Source of the DNA: Bacteroidota bacterium
Lineage (GTDB): Bacteria > Bacteroidota > Bacteroidia > AKYH767-A > OLB10
DNA: 64,000 nucleotides
Reading direction: 5' to 3'
Assembly: GCA_025352785.1 (NCBI GenBank)
Contig: JANXSD010000087.1
Coordinates: 2,883 to 66,882 of the forward strand
Numbering within the stretch: the stretch's first letter is position 1; every line of letters begins with the position of its first letter. This document shows positions 30,964-41,500 of this stretch, piece after piece. The position numbers were made by a program, and so were the translations under genes. The notes beneath the pieces are model-generated. The model was not told the DNA's origin, ran no database searches, and saw only the letters and a program-made list of their open reading frames with translations.

Positions 30964-33047
30964 TATCCTAATTCAATAATTATTTGTTGCCCTTTTTGCA
31001 ATGAAGTCCCTGCATTAATTGATTGACGAATAACGGCTCCTCTTCCAATTGGTTTTACTTGTAATCCCTGTCCCTCTAATAAAAACATTGCATCACGTAA
31101 TCCCATTCCAACTACATTCGGAACTTTATCATCAACAGGGGAATAGATTTCACTGTTAACAGTTTGCCAACTGGATTCTGGAGTATGAAATGGAAGTGCC
31201 AATTTTTTTTCAACCATTGCCGTTGGATTCGTTCTACCTGCTTTTAGTTGTGGTAGACCTGCATAAATAGAGTCCGCAGCATGTTTTAATTCTTCATGCA
31301 TATCAACGTTCAATGCATAAACTTTATCTGCTATTTCTTTAAATACAGGACATGCTACTGAAGCCCCATAATACACACCAGTACCAGGGGAATAAACAAC
31401 TACGATGCAACTATATTTAGGTTTGTCGGCAGGAAAATATCCAACAAAAGATGCTTGATAGCTTGTCTTATTATATCCAGTTGATTGTGCAATTTGTGCA
31501 GTACCAGTTTTTCCTGCAATGGTATATTGTGCATGTTTAATTTGGGAGGCCGTTCCATTAGAAACTACTTCTTCCAATAATAATTTTGCCTTCTTAATTG
31601 TTTGTTGTGAACAAATAGAATCTGACATTACTTTTGTTGGAAAACTTTTTACTAATCTACCTTTACTTCTTATTTCTTGTACAAAAAGAGGCTGAACCAT
31701 TTTACCATTATTTGCTACAGCATTATAAAAAGTTAAAAGTTGTAATGGAGTTATTTTTGATTCGTATCCAATAGAAATAAAAGGAAGAGAAATTTTCGAC
31801 CAATCTTTATCTGTGGTGTTTTTTATTTGTGGAAAAGCTTCTCCAGGAATTTGCAGATCAAGTGTGTCGGCAATATGCAATCCTTTTAATCGGGTAATAA
31901 AGGCTTGTGGATTTTTAGAATAATATTTCATTATTAAAGATGAAATACCAACATTGGAGGAAAGAGCAAATGCTTGCTTTACCGACAACTTTCCATAGAG
32001 CCCTTCATGTGAATCGCGCATTTTTGTTCCTCCTGCTAATACCATCACACCACCCTTTGTATCTACTTGGTCATCAAGTTCAACATAACCATCTTCTATA
32101 GCTGCCATTAATGATGCAAGTTTAAAAGTAGAGCCGGGCTCAGTACCTTGTGCTATTGCATAATTAAATTCTTCATTATAAGAATCCGTATCTACTCTTT
32201 TAAGATTTGCAATTGCTTTGATATGTCCAGTACTTACTTCCATTAAAATTGCACAACCCATATCAGCTTGATTCAATTCTAACTGTTTCATCAATGCGTT
32301 CTCTGCAACATCTTGTAAATTCAAATCGATAGTGGTGATTACATCACTTCCATCCATCGGTTCTATTTCATTATCATTATTAACAGGCTTCCAAACATTT
32401 CCTGCTATTCTTTGCATTAATCTTTTTCCTGTTACGCCTCGTAAGTGACTATCAAATGCACCTTCTATTCCCACAGGCACTACTTCCTTATTATCAATTT
32501 TATAACCAATAGTTCTGGAGGCTAATAACCGAAACGGTTTTTCACGACGGCTTAATTGTGTCATGATTAAACCACCTTTATTTTTCCCCATTCTAAAAAG
32601 TGGAAATGTGCGTAACGACTTTTGTTCTTTGAATGAAATATTTCTTTTTAAAAGAAAATAGCGCTCACCATCCTTTCGTGCATCTTTTAATAATCGCTTA
32701 TATTCACTCTTCGATTTGTCACCGAATAATTGTGATAAACATATTGATAAAGAATCTACTTGATCTAAAAATAGTTGCTTATCCTTTCCTGCAGAAACCA
32801 TATCCACATGCACATCATATCGTGGTAGTGATGTGGCTAATAAACTTCCATCTGATGCATAAATATTACCACGCATCGGTTCAATATTCTGATACCTCAA
32901 CGTTAAGCTATCAGCCTTCCTTTTCCAATAATCTCCTTCAGAAAATTGCAGATGACCTACCTTGCCTAGTATGGCGAAGCCGAAGAGAAGAAATCCCGCA
33001 AATACGAGGTAAATTCTCCAAAGAATATCTTTTTTATTTTCAGGCAT
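30963..33047 (-). CDS. ftsI: penicillin-binding protein (class B transpeptidase, FtsI/PBP3-type)
   Basis: N-terminal transmembrane anchor, a dimerisation domain, and transpeptidase motifs STFK (GSTFKL), SSN (SSNVG) and KTG (KTGTAQ). Confidence 0.9.
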   Translation of the reverse strand: MPENKKDILWRIYLVFAGFLLFGFAILGKVGHLQFSEGDYWKRKADSLTLRYQNIEPMRGNIYASDGSLLATSLPRYDVHVDMVSAGKDKQLFLDQVDSLSICLSQLFGDKSKSEYKRLLKDARKDGERYFLLKRNISFKEQKSLRTFPLFRMGKNKGGLIMTQLSRREKPFRLLASRTIGYKIDNKEVVPVGIEGAFDSHLRGVTGKRLMQRIAGNVWKPVNNDNEIEPMDGSDVITTIDLNLQDVAENALMKQLELNQADMGCAILMEVSTGHIKAIANLKRVDTDSYNEEFNYAIAQGTEPGSTFKLASLMAAIEDGYVELDDQVDTKGGVMVLAGGTKMRDSHEGLYGKLSVKQAFALSSNVGISSLIMKYYSKNPQAFITRLKGLHIADTLDLQIPGEAFPQIKNTTDKDWSKISLPFISIGYESKITPLQLLTFYNAVANNGKMVQPLFVQEIRSKGRLVKSFPTKVMSDSICSQQTIKKAKLLLEEVVSNGTASQIKHAQYTIAGKTGTAQIAQSTGYNKTSYQASFVGYFPADKPKYSCIVVVYSPGTGVYYGASVACPVFKEIADKVYALNVDMHEELKHAADSIYAGLPQLKAGRTNPTAMVEKKLALPFHTPESSWQTVNSEIYSPVDDKVPNVVGMGLRDAMFLLEGQGLQVKPIGRGAVIRQSINAGTSLQKGQQIIIELG

Positions 33048-33101
33048 GGTATTGAAATTCTGAAATGATACTGTTTATTTTACTAAATGATTTTGTAATA
33101 A

Positions 33102-33518
33102 TTACTCTTCTGCCGATCGTGTTGTTTTTTGCAATAAAATCTTTTTGGGTGCAATTCGTGCTTCTTTTAATCCTTGCGTTTCAATAGCACTTGCAACTTC
33201 AGAAAGTTTACTTCGATACATCAAATCTGACTTCGCAGTAATGAATTCCGATCTCAATTCTTTTATCTCGCGTTCTGTTTTATCAATATCCCGTATCGTT
33301 CTTTCAGCAACAAAACTGTTAGCGATATATACTATAGCCCATGCAGTAAGAAAAAATACAAAAGGCATAAATTGTACAATTGATTTACGATCGAAATAGC
33401 TAAATACATTAATTGCATTAATAAATTTTCTGGTAACACCTTCGTTCGATTTTAGCTTTACAGGCCTTACAACATTTTCTTGTTGCTGTTCCGCTTCTTG
33501 ATTTTTAATTCGATTCAT
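33102..33518 (-). CDS. ftsL: FtsL-like division protein (single transmembrane helix plus coiled coil)
   Basis: 138 aa, one transmembrane helix (FMPFVFFLTAWAIVYIANSF) followed by a heptad-like segment. The call is positional (between rsmH and ftsI); sequence identity alone does not support it. Confidence 0.6.
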   Translation of the reverse strand: MNRIKNQEAEQQQENVVRPVKLKSNEGVTRKFINAINVFSYFDRKSIVQFMPFVFFLTAWAIVYIANSFVAERTIRDIDKTEREIKELRSEFITAKSDLMYRSKLSEVASAIETQGLKEARIAPKKILLQKTTRSAEE

Positions 33519-34417
33519 AATTTTTCGGCAATGCGCATTTTTGCACTACGAGAGCGCGGATTAGCTAACACTTCTTCTTCTGATGGTTCTACAGGTTTAC
33601 GAGTAATAGATTTAAATTTTAATCCGATCACATTGCCAAAAAAATCTTTCTGAAGTTCACCTGCAGTATTACCTGTATTGATAAAGTTTTTCACCATTCT
33701 ATCCTCTAATGAATGATAGCTTATCACTACCAATCTTCCACCTTCTCGCAAAACAGTTGGCGACTGTTCTAATAAATCTCTTAATGCTCCTAACTCATCG
33801 TTTACTTCAATTCGCAAGGCTTGAAATAACTGCGCTAAAAAAGAATGTTCTTTACCTCTCATCGCACAACCAGCTACAATTGTTTTTAACTCATCAACCG
33901 TTTCAATTTGTTTTATTGCACGTGCACGAACGATTGCTTGCATTACTCTTTTTGCATTCTTTAATTCGCCGTATTCACGAAAAATTCTAATGAGTTCGTG
34001 CTCTTGATAAAAATTTAAAATCTCCTTTGCTGTTAATTCCGAACGCTGATCCATTCTCATATCGAGACCCGCATTAAAACGAATTGAAAAACCCCTTGCC
34101 GCTTCATCAAATTGATGAGATGAAACACCTAAGTCTGCTAATAACGCATCTGCAGGAGTTGCTTTTATTTCCTCCAAACAAAAGTGTAGATTACGAAAAT
34201 TATCATGCACTAATTCAAATCGTTTGTCATCAGGCTTATTTGCTAAAGCATCCATATCCTGATCAAATGCAATCAATCTACCATTCTCTAATTTTTCAAG
34301 AATCGCTCGTGAATGTCCGCCACCACCAAAAGTTACATCAATACAAATCGAATTAGGCTGTATTGCCAAACCCTCAACAGCTGCATCACGCAGTACTGGC
34401 TCATGATACTTCACCAT
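33515..34417 (-). CDS. rsmH: 16S rRNA (cytosine1402-N4)-methyltransferase
   Basis: MVKYHEPVLRDAAVEGL... and the SAM-binding motif DVTFGGGGHS are the canonical RsmH/MraW. Confidence 0.95.
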   Translation of the reverse strand: MVKYHEPVLRDAAVEGLAIQPNSICIDVTFGGGGHSRAILEKLENGRLIAFDQDMDALANKPDDKRFELVHDNFRNLHFCLEEIKATPADALLADLGVSSHQFDEAARGFSIRFNAGLDMRMDQRSELTAKEILNFYQEHELIRIFREYGELKNAKRVMQAIVRARAIKQIETVDELKTIVAGCAMRGKEHSFLAQLFQALRIEVNDELGALRDLLEQSPTVLREGGRLVVISYHSLEDRMVKNFINTGNTAGELQKDFFGNVIGLKFKSITRKPVEPSEEEVLANPRSRSAKMRIAEKL

Positions 34418-34877
34418 GCTCGCCTCCTCGATTAATTTTCCCCATCACTTCTTCTGCTAATGTTGCAAAATCACTCGGCTCGTCATTTAACATGGCCTCA
34501 AATTTTTCCTTCGACCATATCTCAATTTTATTGGACCATGCAGAAAGAATTACATCCTTATCGATTCCAGCATATTCACACATACGTTTAGGAAGTAACA
34601 AACGACCCGCTGCATCCAACTCCAATTCTGATGCTCCTCTATAGAAGTATCGCGCAAACTCACGATTCTTTTTTACGAACATGTTTAATTGATTTATCTC
34701 CGCAGAAATTTTTTGCCACTCATCCATAGGATACAAAGCCAGGCAATTTTCAAAACCCCGATTCAATACGAACTTCTCTTTCGCCTCTGGAGAAATTTGC
34801 TTGCGCAAACCCGAGGGCATACTCATCCGCCCTTTAGCGTCAAGTTTACAATCGAATTCTCCGAGAAATTGAGTCAT
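34401..34877 (-). CDS. mraZ: transcriptional regulator MraZ
   Basis: The duplicated DxxxR motif (KLDAKGRMSMP and LDAAGRLLLP) is typical of MraZ; 158 aa; first gene of the dcw cluster. Confidence 0.9.
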   Translation of the reverse strand: MTQFLGEFDCKLDAKGRMSMPSGLRKQISPEAKEKFVLNRGFENCLALYPMDEWQKISAEINQLNMFVKKNREFARYFYRGASELELDAAGRLLLPKRMCEYAGIDKDVILSAWSNKIEIWSKEKFEAMLNDEPSDFATLAEEVMGKINRGGEHGEVS

Positions 34878-34937
34878 CTTCTTTTGGTCAGGTTAACCCA
34901 CAATTGGGCTTCAAGTGGTAAAAGTAAATTAATTTTT

Positions 34938-34962
34938 CCCACTTCCTACCACTTTACCCCAC
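34938..34962 (-). promoter_or_regulatory. candidate MraZ operator: three direct GTGG(G/T) repeats at exact 10-bp phasing, about 60-85 nt upstream of mraZ
   Basis: The minus strand reads aaaGTGGGgtaaaGTGGTaggaaGTGGGaaaa. The pentamer starts are 10 nt apart (plus-strand cccac 34938-42, accac 34948-52, cccac 34958-62). MraZ boxes in other bacteria are three or more direct repeats of (A)(A)GTGGG-like motifs at 10-bp spacing. Confidence 0.5.
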
Positions 34963-35458
34963 TTTGTTAAAAACTTTTTATGATGGCGAAAAACCGCTAT
35001 TCCCTAAAATTATTTTGCAATCTGTCGGATATCAGATTTATAATACTTACAAAGTTAAGATTCCTACTTGCGTCTATTTTGTTGTTTTATAGCTACTTAC
35101 AAACAATGCATTGTTTATTCAACATGACGATTCATAAGGATCTAGTTTCTGGAAGAAGTATGCTCTCATTAACATTTTGAGTAAAAAATAATCAAATAAT
35201 CTTCTTTTCTACTTTTCAATCTTTTTTGTTGGATAAAATCTTGGTTTTTTGGGAAAAGGTGGGATAAAGTGATTGGTAAGTTATTAATCCAAACTTCTTT
35301 AAGCGGATAAAAACCAAAAAACAGACTATTTCTCCAGTGGCCAATTTTGAAAATGGTAACTTAAACAATTGACAGGAGAAATTTCGCACTCATTTACAAC
35401 GTATAAATCGCTTTCGTAACTGCATTAAGTTTCAAACTCCTATTTTTACCCTCGATAT

Positions 35459-36316
35459 ATGATCGATACGCAGAAAAAAGAATTAATTAATATTGAAGAA
35501 GTGATTCGCAATAAAAATCCGAAATTGCTGAAGTTCCTTCCAGGATTTATTTTGCGTTATATAAAAAGGATTGTACATCAAGATCATATCAATGCTTTTA
35601 TACAACGTCATGGCGAGAAAACTTCTTTTGCTTTTGTTGATCAAATAATAAATGAGTTTGGTGTTAAAGTTACTTTTGAAGGACTTGAAAACATCCCAAC
35701 ATCGGGTGGTGCAATTGTAGCTGCCAATCACCCTATCGGCGCACTTGATGCAATGGCATTGTTAAATGTTATTGGCAAAAAACGCCTTGATCAAAAATTT
35801 ATAGTGAACGACGTTTTGCTTAGTTTAAAGAACCTTAGTAATCTATTCATTGGCGTTAATAAACATGGCAAAAATAGCGGACAAGCTCTTGATTTGATAG
35901 ATAGTTATTATGCTTCTGATACGTTGGTATTAATATTTCCTGCTGGCTTAGTTTCACGCAAACAAAAAGGCGGTATTGTTAAAGATTTAGTATGGAAAAA
36001 AAGTTTCATTAGTAAAGCGAAACGTTTCAATAAAAATATAATTCCAGTGCATATTAGTGGAAGTAATTCAAACTTTTTTTATAACCTTGCTTTATGGCGT
36101 CAGCGCTTGGGAATAAAAGCTAATATTGAGATGTTTTATTTGATGGATGAGATGTATCATCAAAAGGGAAAATTGATACATATTAAAATTGGTAAACCTA
36201 TAGATCCTAGTCTATTTAAAGCAGAATTTACTGACATTGAATGGGCCGAAAAAGTAAAAGAATATATATATGAAATGGCAAATGGAAACTCTTCTGCATT
36301 CAATGTCACAAACTAA
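35459..36316 (+). CDS. lysophospholipid / 1-acyl-sn-glycerol-3-phosphate-type O-acyltransferase (PlsC family; GlsA/OlsA-like)
   Basis: HX4D acyltransferase motif (NHPIGALD), 285 aa, PlsC-like length. Immediately upstream of an OlsB/GlsB-like N-acyltransferase. Confidence 0.75.
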   Translation: MIDTQKKELINIEEVIRNKNPKLLKFLPGFILRYIKRIVHQDHINAFIQRHGEKTSFAFVDQIINEFGVKVTFEGLENIPTSGGAIVAANHPIGALDAMALLNVIGKKRLDQKFIVNDVLLSLKNLSNLFIGVNKHGKNSGQALDLIDSYYASDTLVLIFPAGLVSRKQKGGIVKDLVWKKSFISKAKRFNKNIIPVHISGSNSNFFYNLALWRQRLGIKANIEMFYLMDEMYHQKGKLIHIKIGKPIDPSLFKAEFTDIEWAEKVKEYIYEMANGNSSAFNVTN

Positions 36317-36378
36317 AAATATTTTAGTATATATTCGTAAAAATACTTTTAACAGAATTCTTCGTTAATAGAAATTAA

Positions 36379-37308
36379 ATGAAACCAATAATAGAGCCTA
36401 TATCTGTATCACTCCTTGAGCAAGAACTCAATAAGGATCGATTTGTACGTAGCTCAAATAATGGTTCGAATGAATTGTATATTATTAATTTTCAAGATAG
36501 TCCTAATGTTTTGAAAGAAATTGGACGTCTTCGCGAAATTACTTTTCGTTCTGCTGGTGGAGGAACAGGACTTGATTGCGATCTGGACGAATTCGACATT
36601 TCCGAGAATTGTTACGATCAACTTATCGTTTGGAATCCGGAAGAAAAAGAAATTACAGGTGGTTATCGATTTATTCGTTGTTCAAAAGCAGGATATATAA
36701 ATGGTCATTTGCAATTAGCTACGGCAGAATTATTTAATTTCTCCGAAAAGTTTCTAAAAGAATATTTTCCTTTTACTATTGAATTAGGACGATCGTTTGT
36801 TCAACCAAAATATCAGCCTAGCGCCGAAAACCGTAAAGGATTATTTACACTTGATAATTTATGGGATGGTTTAGGTGCTATCCATAAGGACAATCCTGAC
36901 ATAAAATATTTCTTTGGGAAAGTAACCATGTATCGTCATTTCAATTTGCTAGCACGAGATCTGATCTTATCTTTTATGCACTTCTATTTTCCCGATAACG
37001 ATCATTTAGTAACGCCAATAAATCCTATTCATATTACGCACGACTTAACAACTTTTACGAATGAATTGAGAGGGCAATCTTATAAAGATGGTCATCGAGT
37101 TTTAAATCAAAAGGTGCGTGAATTAGGAGAAAATATTCCTCCTTTGGTAAATGCGTATATGAACCTTTCAGCAACAATGAAAATGTTTGGAACTGCATTG
37201 AACGATCATTTTGGGGAAGTAGAAGAAACTGGAATTCTTGTTTCACTGAATGATATTTACGAAACGAAAAAAGATCGTCATATCAACACGTACATAAAAG
37301 GCAAATAA
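36379..37308 (+). CDS. hemolysin-like GNAT N-acyltransferase (OlsB/GlsB family; amino-acid N-acylation for glycine/ornithine lipid synthesis)
   Basis: 309 aa; the N-terminal region resembles the OlsB/GlsB N-acyltransferase fold (LREITFRSAGGGTG...IVWNPEEKEITGGYRF). Confidence 0.7.
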   Translation: MKPIIEPISVSLLEQELNKDRFVRSSNNGSNELYIINFQDSPNVLKEIGRLREITFRSAGGGTGLDCDLDEFDISENCYDQLIVWNPEEKEITGGYRFIRCSKAGYINGHLQLATAELFNFSEKFLKEYFPFTIELGRSFVQPKYQPSAENRKGLFTLDNLWDGLGAIHKDNPDIKYFFGKVTMYRHFNLLARDLILSFMHFYFPDNDHLVTPINPIHITHDLTTFTNELRGQSYKDGHRVLNQKVRELGENIPPLVNAYMNLSATMKMFGTALNDHFGEVEETGILVSLNDIYETKKDRHINTYIKGK

Positions 37309-37392
37309 TATTCCGATCTTCGTATCTCTTATTCTATCCATCCATTTAAAATTTACGGCTGTTAAAACTTCCAAATGGCCTCCATTTAATAT

Positions 37393-38019
37393 ATGCATAT
37401 ATCCACTGCTCTTTTTGTAAAAAGTTCTACTGCACCTGATCATTTACCTCCCGATAACATCCCGGAATTTGCGTTTATCGGTCGTTCCAATGTGGGGAAA
37501 TCTTCGTTGATAAATATGCTCACTAGCAAAAAGGAATTAGCGAAGACTTCTTCCAACCCAGGAAAAACGCAAACGATCAATCACTTTATCATCAATAATA
37601 AATGGAATCTTGTTGATTTACCAGGGTATGGTTTTGCAAGAGTTTCGCAAGAAAAACGAGATGAGTGGCAAGCGATGATTCGCAATTACCTCACGAAACG
37701 CGAAAGTTTGATGAATGTTTTTGTATTGGTGGATCTTCGCATCGAGCCTCAAAAGGCTGACCTTGAATTCATCAACTGGCTTGGAGAAAAAGGTGTTCCT
37801 CTTTCTATCGTCCTTACCAAATCCGATAAACTCACAAAAAACGAACTTAACAGATCCCAAAACATCATCAAGAATGCGATCCATGAATCGTGGGAAGAAT
37901 TGCCTCCAATTTTTCTCACTTCCGCAGAAACGCGATTAGGTCGTGATGAAATTCTAGATTATATCGACACCATCATACCCAATTTTATTATCCCTGAAAA
38001 AGGCAGCAAGACTAGCTAA
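37393..38019 (+). CDS. engB: ribosome-biogenesis GTP-binding protein YihA/EngB
   Basis: G1 GRSNVGKSSLIN, G3 DLPGYG, G4 TKSDK. 208 aa (the annotated start may lie about 10 codons upstream of the true start). Confidence 0.85.
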   Translation: MHISTALFVKSSTAPDHLPPDNIPEFAFIGRSNVGKSSLINMLTSKKELAKTSSNPGKTQTINHFIINNKWNLVDLPGYGFARVSQEKRDEWQAMIRNYLTKRESLMNVFVLVDLRIEPQKADLEFINWLGEKGVPLSIVLTKSDKLTKNELNRSQNIIKNAIHESWEELPPIFLTSAETRLGRDEILDYIDTIIPNFIIPEKGSKTS

Positions 38020-38362
38020 TCACCTTTACCTTTTTACCATAGTCACGAGCGAATTCACGCATTTCCTTTGCCATTTCCGTATCACTTGTGGAGCGTTCAT
38101 ACGTATCTGCCATACTGGCTAATGTCTCGTAAAAAAATAGCTGCATTTCCTCTACCGTCATTTCTTCGGTCCACAAATCGATGCGCATAGTACTCTTCTC
38201 AGGCTTGTCCCAAAGAGCAATCATAAATGCCTTCGCATCCCGCATCCCTTCAATTCCTGAATCATCAGCTTGCCAATTAATTCCTATTGGATGTTTCTCC
38301 GCATTTAATGAAACCGAAATTCTGATATCTGATTTCTTCGCTACAATATTATCGTTTGACAT
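38012..38362 (-). CDS. gldC: probable gliding-motility protein GldC
   Basis: 116-aa acidic protein. The segments ...INWQADDSGIEG...IDLWTEEMTVEEMQLFFYETLASMADTYER resemble the GldC family as I recall it. This rests on memory of the family, not on a computed alignment. Confidence 0.5.
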   Translation of the reverse strand: MSNDNIVAKKSDIRISVSLNAEKHPIGINWQADDSGIEGMRDAKAFMIALWDKPEKSTMRIDLWTEEMTVEEMQLFFYETLASMADTYERSTSDTEMAKEMREFARDYGKKVKVIS

Positions 38363-38557
38363 ATTTTATTATTTTGTACTCACAATTTTGCATTTTTAAG
38401 GGCTAAATTACTAACTTTAAGTGTTGAAATTTGCCGGTACGAACCTCTCAATAATAGGAACGGCGTCAAAAGTAATCAATCAAAATGGCCGAATCGATTA
38501 ATGTTGTGAAATTCATGCTATAGATAGAGATCAAAATCGTTAATTTCGCATTGAATT

Positions 38558-41500
38558 ATGAGTACATCACAACGTTGCTTTCGACTTCTTCAAATAATTA
38601 CTTGCTGTATATTGATTTTTACATCAACTACTCAAGCGCAATTTTCAAGAGGCACACAAATGACTTTCGGCAAAAATCGTGTTCAATACAATGATTTCCT
38701 TTGGACATTTTACCGCTTTAAAAATTTCGATACCTATTATTATCTTGGTGGGCAAGAACTCGCAATCTATGCTGGAAGAACAGCGGATCAAGAAATTGAG
38801 GAGATTGAAAAACTTTATGACTATAAAATAAATGGCCGGTTTCAATTTCTAATTTATAATAAACTTTCTGATTTCAAACAATCAAATCTTGGACTCGAAG
38901 GTGATGAGCAAAGTTCCAATACTGGTGGTCTCACTAAAATTATTGACAAAAAAGTTTTGATTTACTTTGATGGCAACTACGTTCATTTTAGAGAACAAGT
39001 TCGTGCCGGAGTTGCTGAGGTGATGTTTACTGAATTAATGTATGGTGGAAGTATTAAAAATCGAATTCAAGCTGCTGTTTTATTAAATCTTCCTACTTGG
39101 TATGTGGAGGGATTAAATACTTACATCGCTCAAGGATGGTCGGTTGAAGATGATAATAGAATGCGTGAAGGAATTATTTCTGGTAAGTACAAAAAGTTTA
39201 ATCATTTAGCTGGAAAGGAAGCCGTTTTTGCAGGGCACTCACTTTGGAATTTTATTGTGGAAACGTATGGTTCTTCTGCGGTATCGAATTTACTTTACAT
39301 GACGCGAATCAACAGAAATATTGAAACGAGTTTTGAATTTGTGTTAGGTACAACAACTCCCGATTTAATGCATAATTGGCTGGACTATTATCAACGATTA
39401 TATCTTGACGATGATAAATCAAGAAGTGATTATTCTGGCAAACCAATTATAACTATTAAAAAACAAAATCGAATTGTTAGTCAGGTAAAAGTATCGCCTG
39501 ACGGAAATTCTGTTGCCTATGTAACAAACAACTTAGGGAAATATAAAGTTTGGTTATATGATACACGAAAAAATAAATGTAAGCGAATCGCTAAAGGCGG
39601 ATACAAATCACAAACACAAATAACAGATCTTTCATTTCCAGCTATTGCATGGCATCCTAGCGGACGATACCTAACTGCAATCAAAGAAAAGAAAGGAAAG
39701 ATATGGATGGATTATTATACTCCTGGGAAAAGATCAAAAAGAGAGACTACTAAATTTTTCTATTTCGATAAAGTAATTGATTTTTCTTACTCTTCAACTG
39801 GAAATGAAATGGTAATGTCGGCTGTGCAAAAAGGTCAATCTGATATTTTTGTTTTCAATCCACGAACAAAAACATCGCAACAGCTAACGAAGGATCGCTG
39901 GGATGATAAGACACCACGATTCGCACTAAATGATAGGTATATTGTTTTTTCTTCAACACGCTATGATGACTCTCTAAAAGTAACGAACTTAAAACAAGCA
40001 GACCCACTTCAAATCCCTAAAACCACGGATTTATTTTTATTAGATTATGCGGGAAGATCACAACAACTATTACGCTTAACAAATACTCCATCATCGAATG
40101 AAACACAACCAATGATGGTTGACTCTACTCACTTTACTTATTTGAGTGATCAGAGCGGAATTATTAATCGCTATTACGCAACTATCGATAGCACGATTTC
40201 TTACATCGATACAATTGTACATTATCGCTATGTGGCAAATGAAATTCCACAAAGCAATTACAAACGTAATATTATTACTCACGATGTTAATTACAAGTCA
40301 ACGAGATATGCTGAATTAACAAAGTTGGATAATAAAACAAAAATTTATTTATTACCAACTCCTCCACTTGACTCTACGTTTAAATCGCCACTCCGCAAAA
40401 CTAGTTTAGCATTTAAATTAGATAAATTATTAAAGCCTGTAATAATTCCACAGAAACATGCCGATGCAACTATCACTTTACCACCTCCATCAAAACAATT
40501 TGAAGATGTAAAATCAGATCCTTCAAAAATTAAGGATTCCTCTAAAGTTGATATTAGTAATTATCAGTTTCAATCTGAGTTTCCAAATAAAAAGAAAAAA
40601 AATGAAGAAAAACCAAAGACAGTTTCTACTCCTGAATCAGAACCTTCTTCTGGAATAATACCAGTAAAAAATAATCCTAATTCAACAATTCCAAGCAATG
40701 AATTAGACTCGGCAATTCAAATAAAAGTTGTGAAAGTGGACACCAATTATTTACTTCCAAAACTTCGAAATTATGATATCGCATTTTCACCTTCCTATCT
40801 TGTAACACAACTTGATAATAATTCGCTCAATGAAACGTATCAAACATATACGGGTGGTGCTGTTTATTTTGACCCAGGGTTAAGTGCTTTAATAAAAATT
40901 GGATTGAATGACTTGTTTGATGATTATAAAATTGTTGGTGGCTTTCGTTTATCAGGAAACTTAACAAGTAATGAGTACTACGTTAGTTTTCAAAACTTAA
41001 AACATCGGTTGGATAAGCAATTGTCATTTACCCGACAAAGCCGTGAAGAACTCACTACAAATAGTTTGTTTAGAATTCATACCCATGAGGCAAAATATGT
41101 TTTGCGTTGGCCTTTTAGTGACGTAAGTAGTGTGAGAGGTTCTGTGTCGTATCGAAATGACAGAACAGTGAACCTTAGTACAGATGTTGTTAATCTAGGA
41201 ATACCTAATCGTTATCAAAACTGGGCAAATGTACACATGGAATATGTTTACGATAATACCATTAGTACTGGTTTAAATTTATACAACGGTGTTCGCTTAA
41301 AATTATTTGCAGAATCATTCAAGCAGTTAGATCAAAAAAATACATTCATGTCTGTGATTGGAGGTGATATTCGATATTATCAAAAAATTCATCGTCAAAT
41401 AATTTTAGCAAATCGCTTTGCTGCAAGCACTTCTTTTGGCGAACAAAAAATCGTTTATTATTTAGGATCTACTGACAATGCTTTCACTCCCGTTAACAAT

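Noticed and set aside
32633-33055. 140-aa plus-strand ORF spanning the ftsI 5' end and the ftsI-ftsL junction
   Set aside because: It is antisense to ftsI; its His/Ile-rich low-complexity translation shows no features and it disrupts the tight dcw operon organisation.
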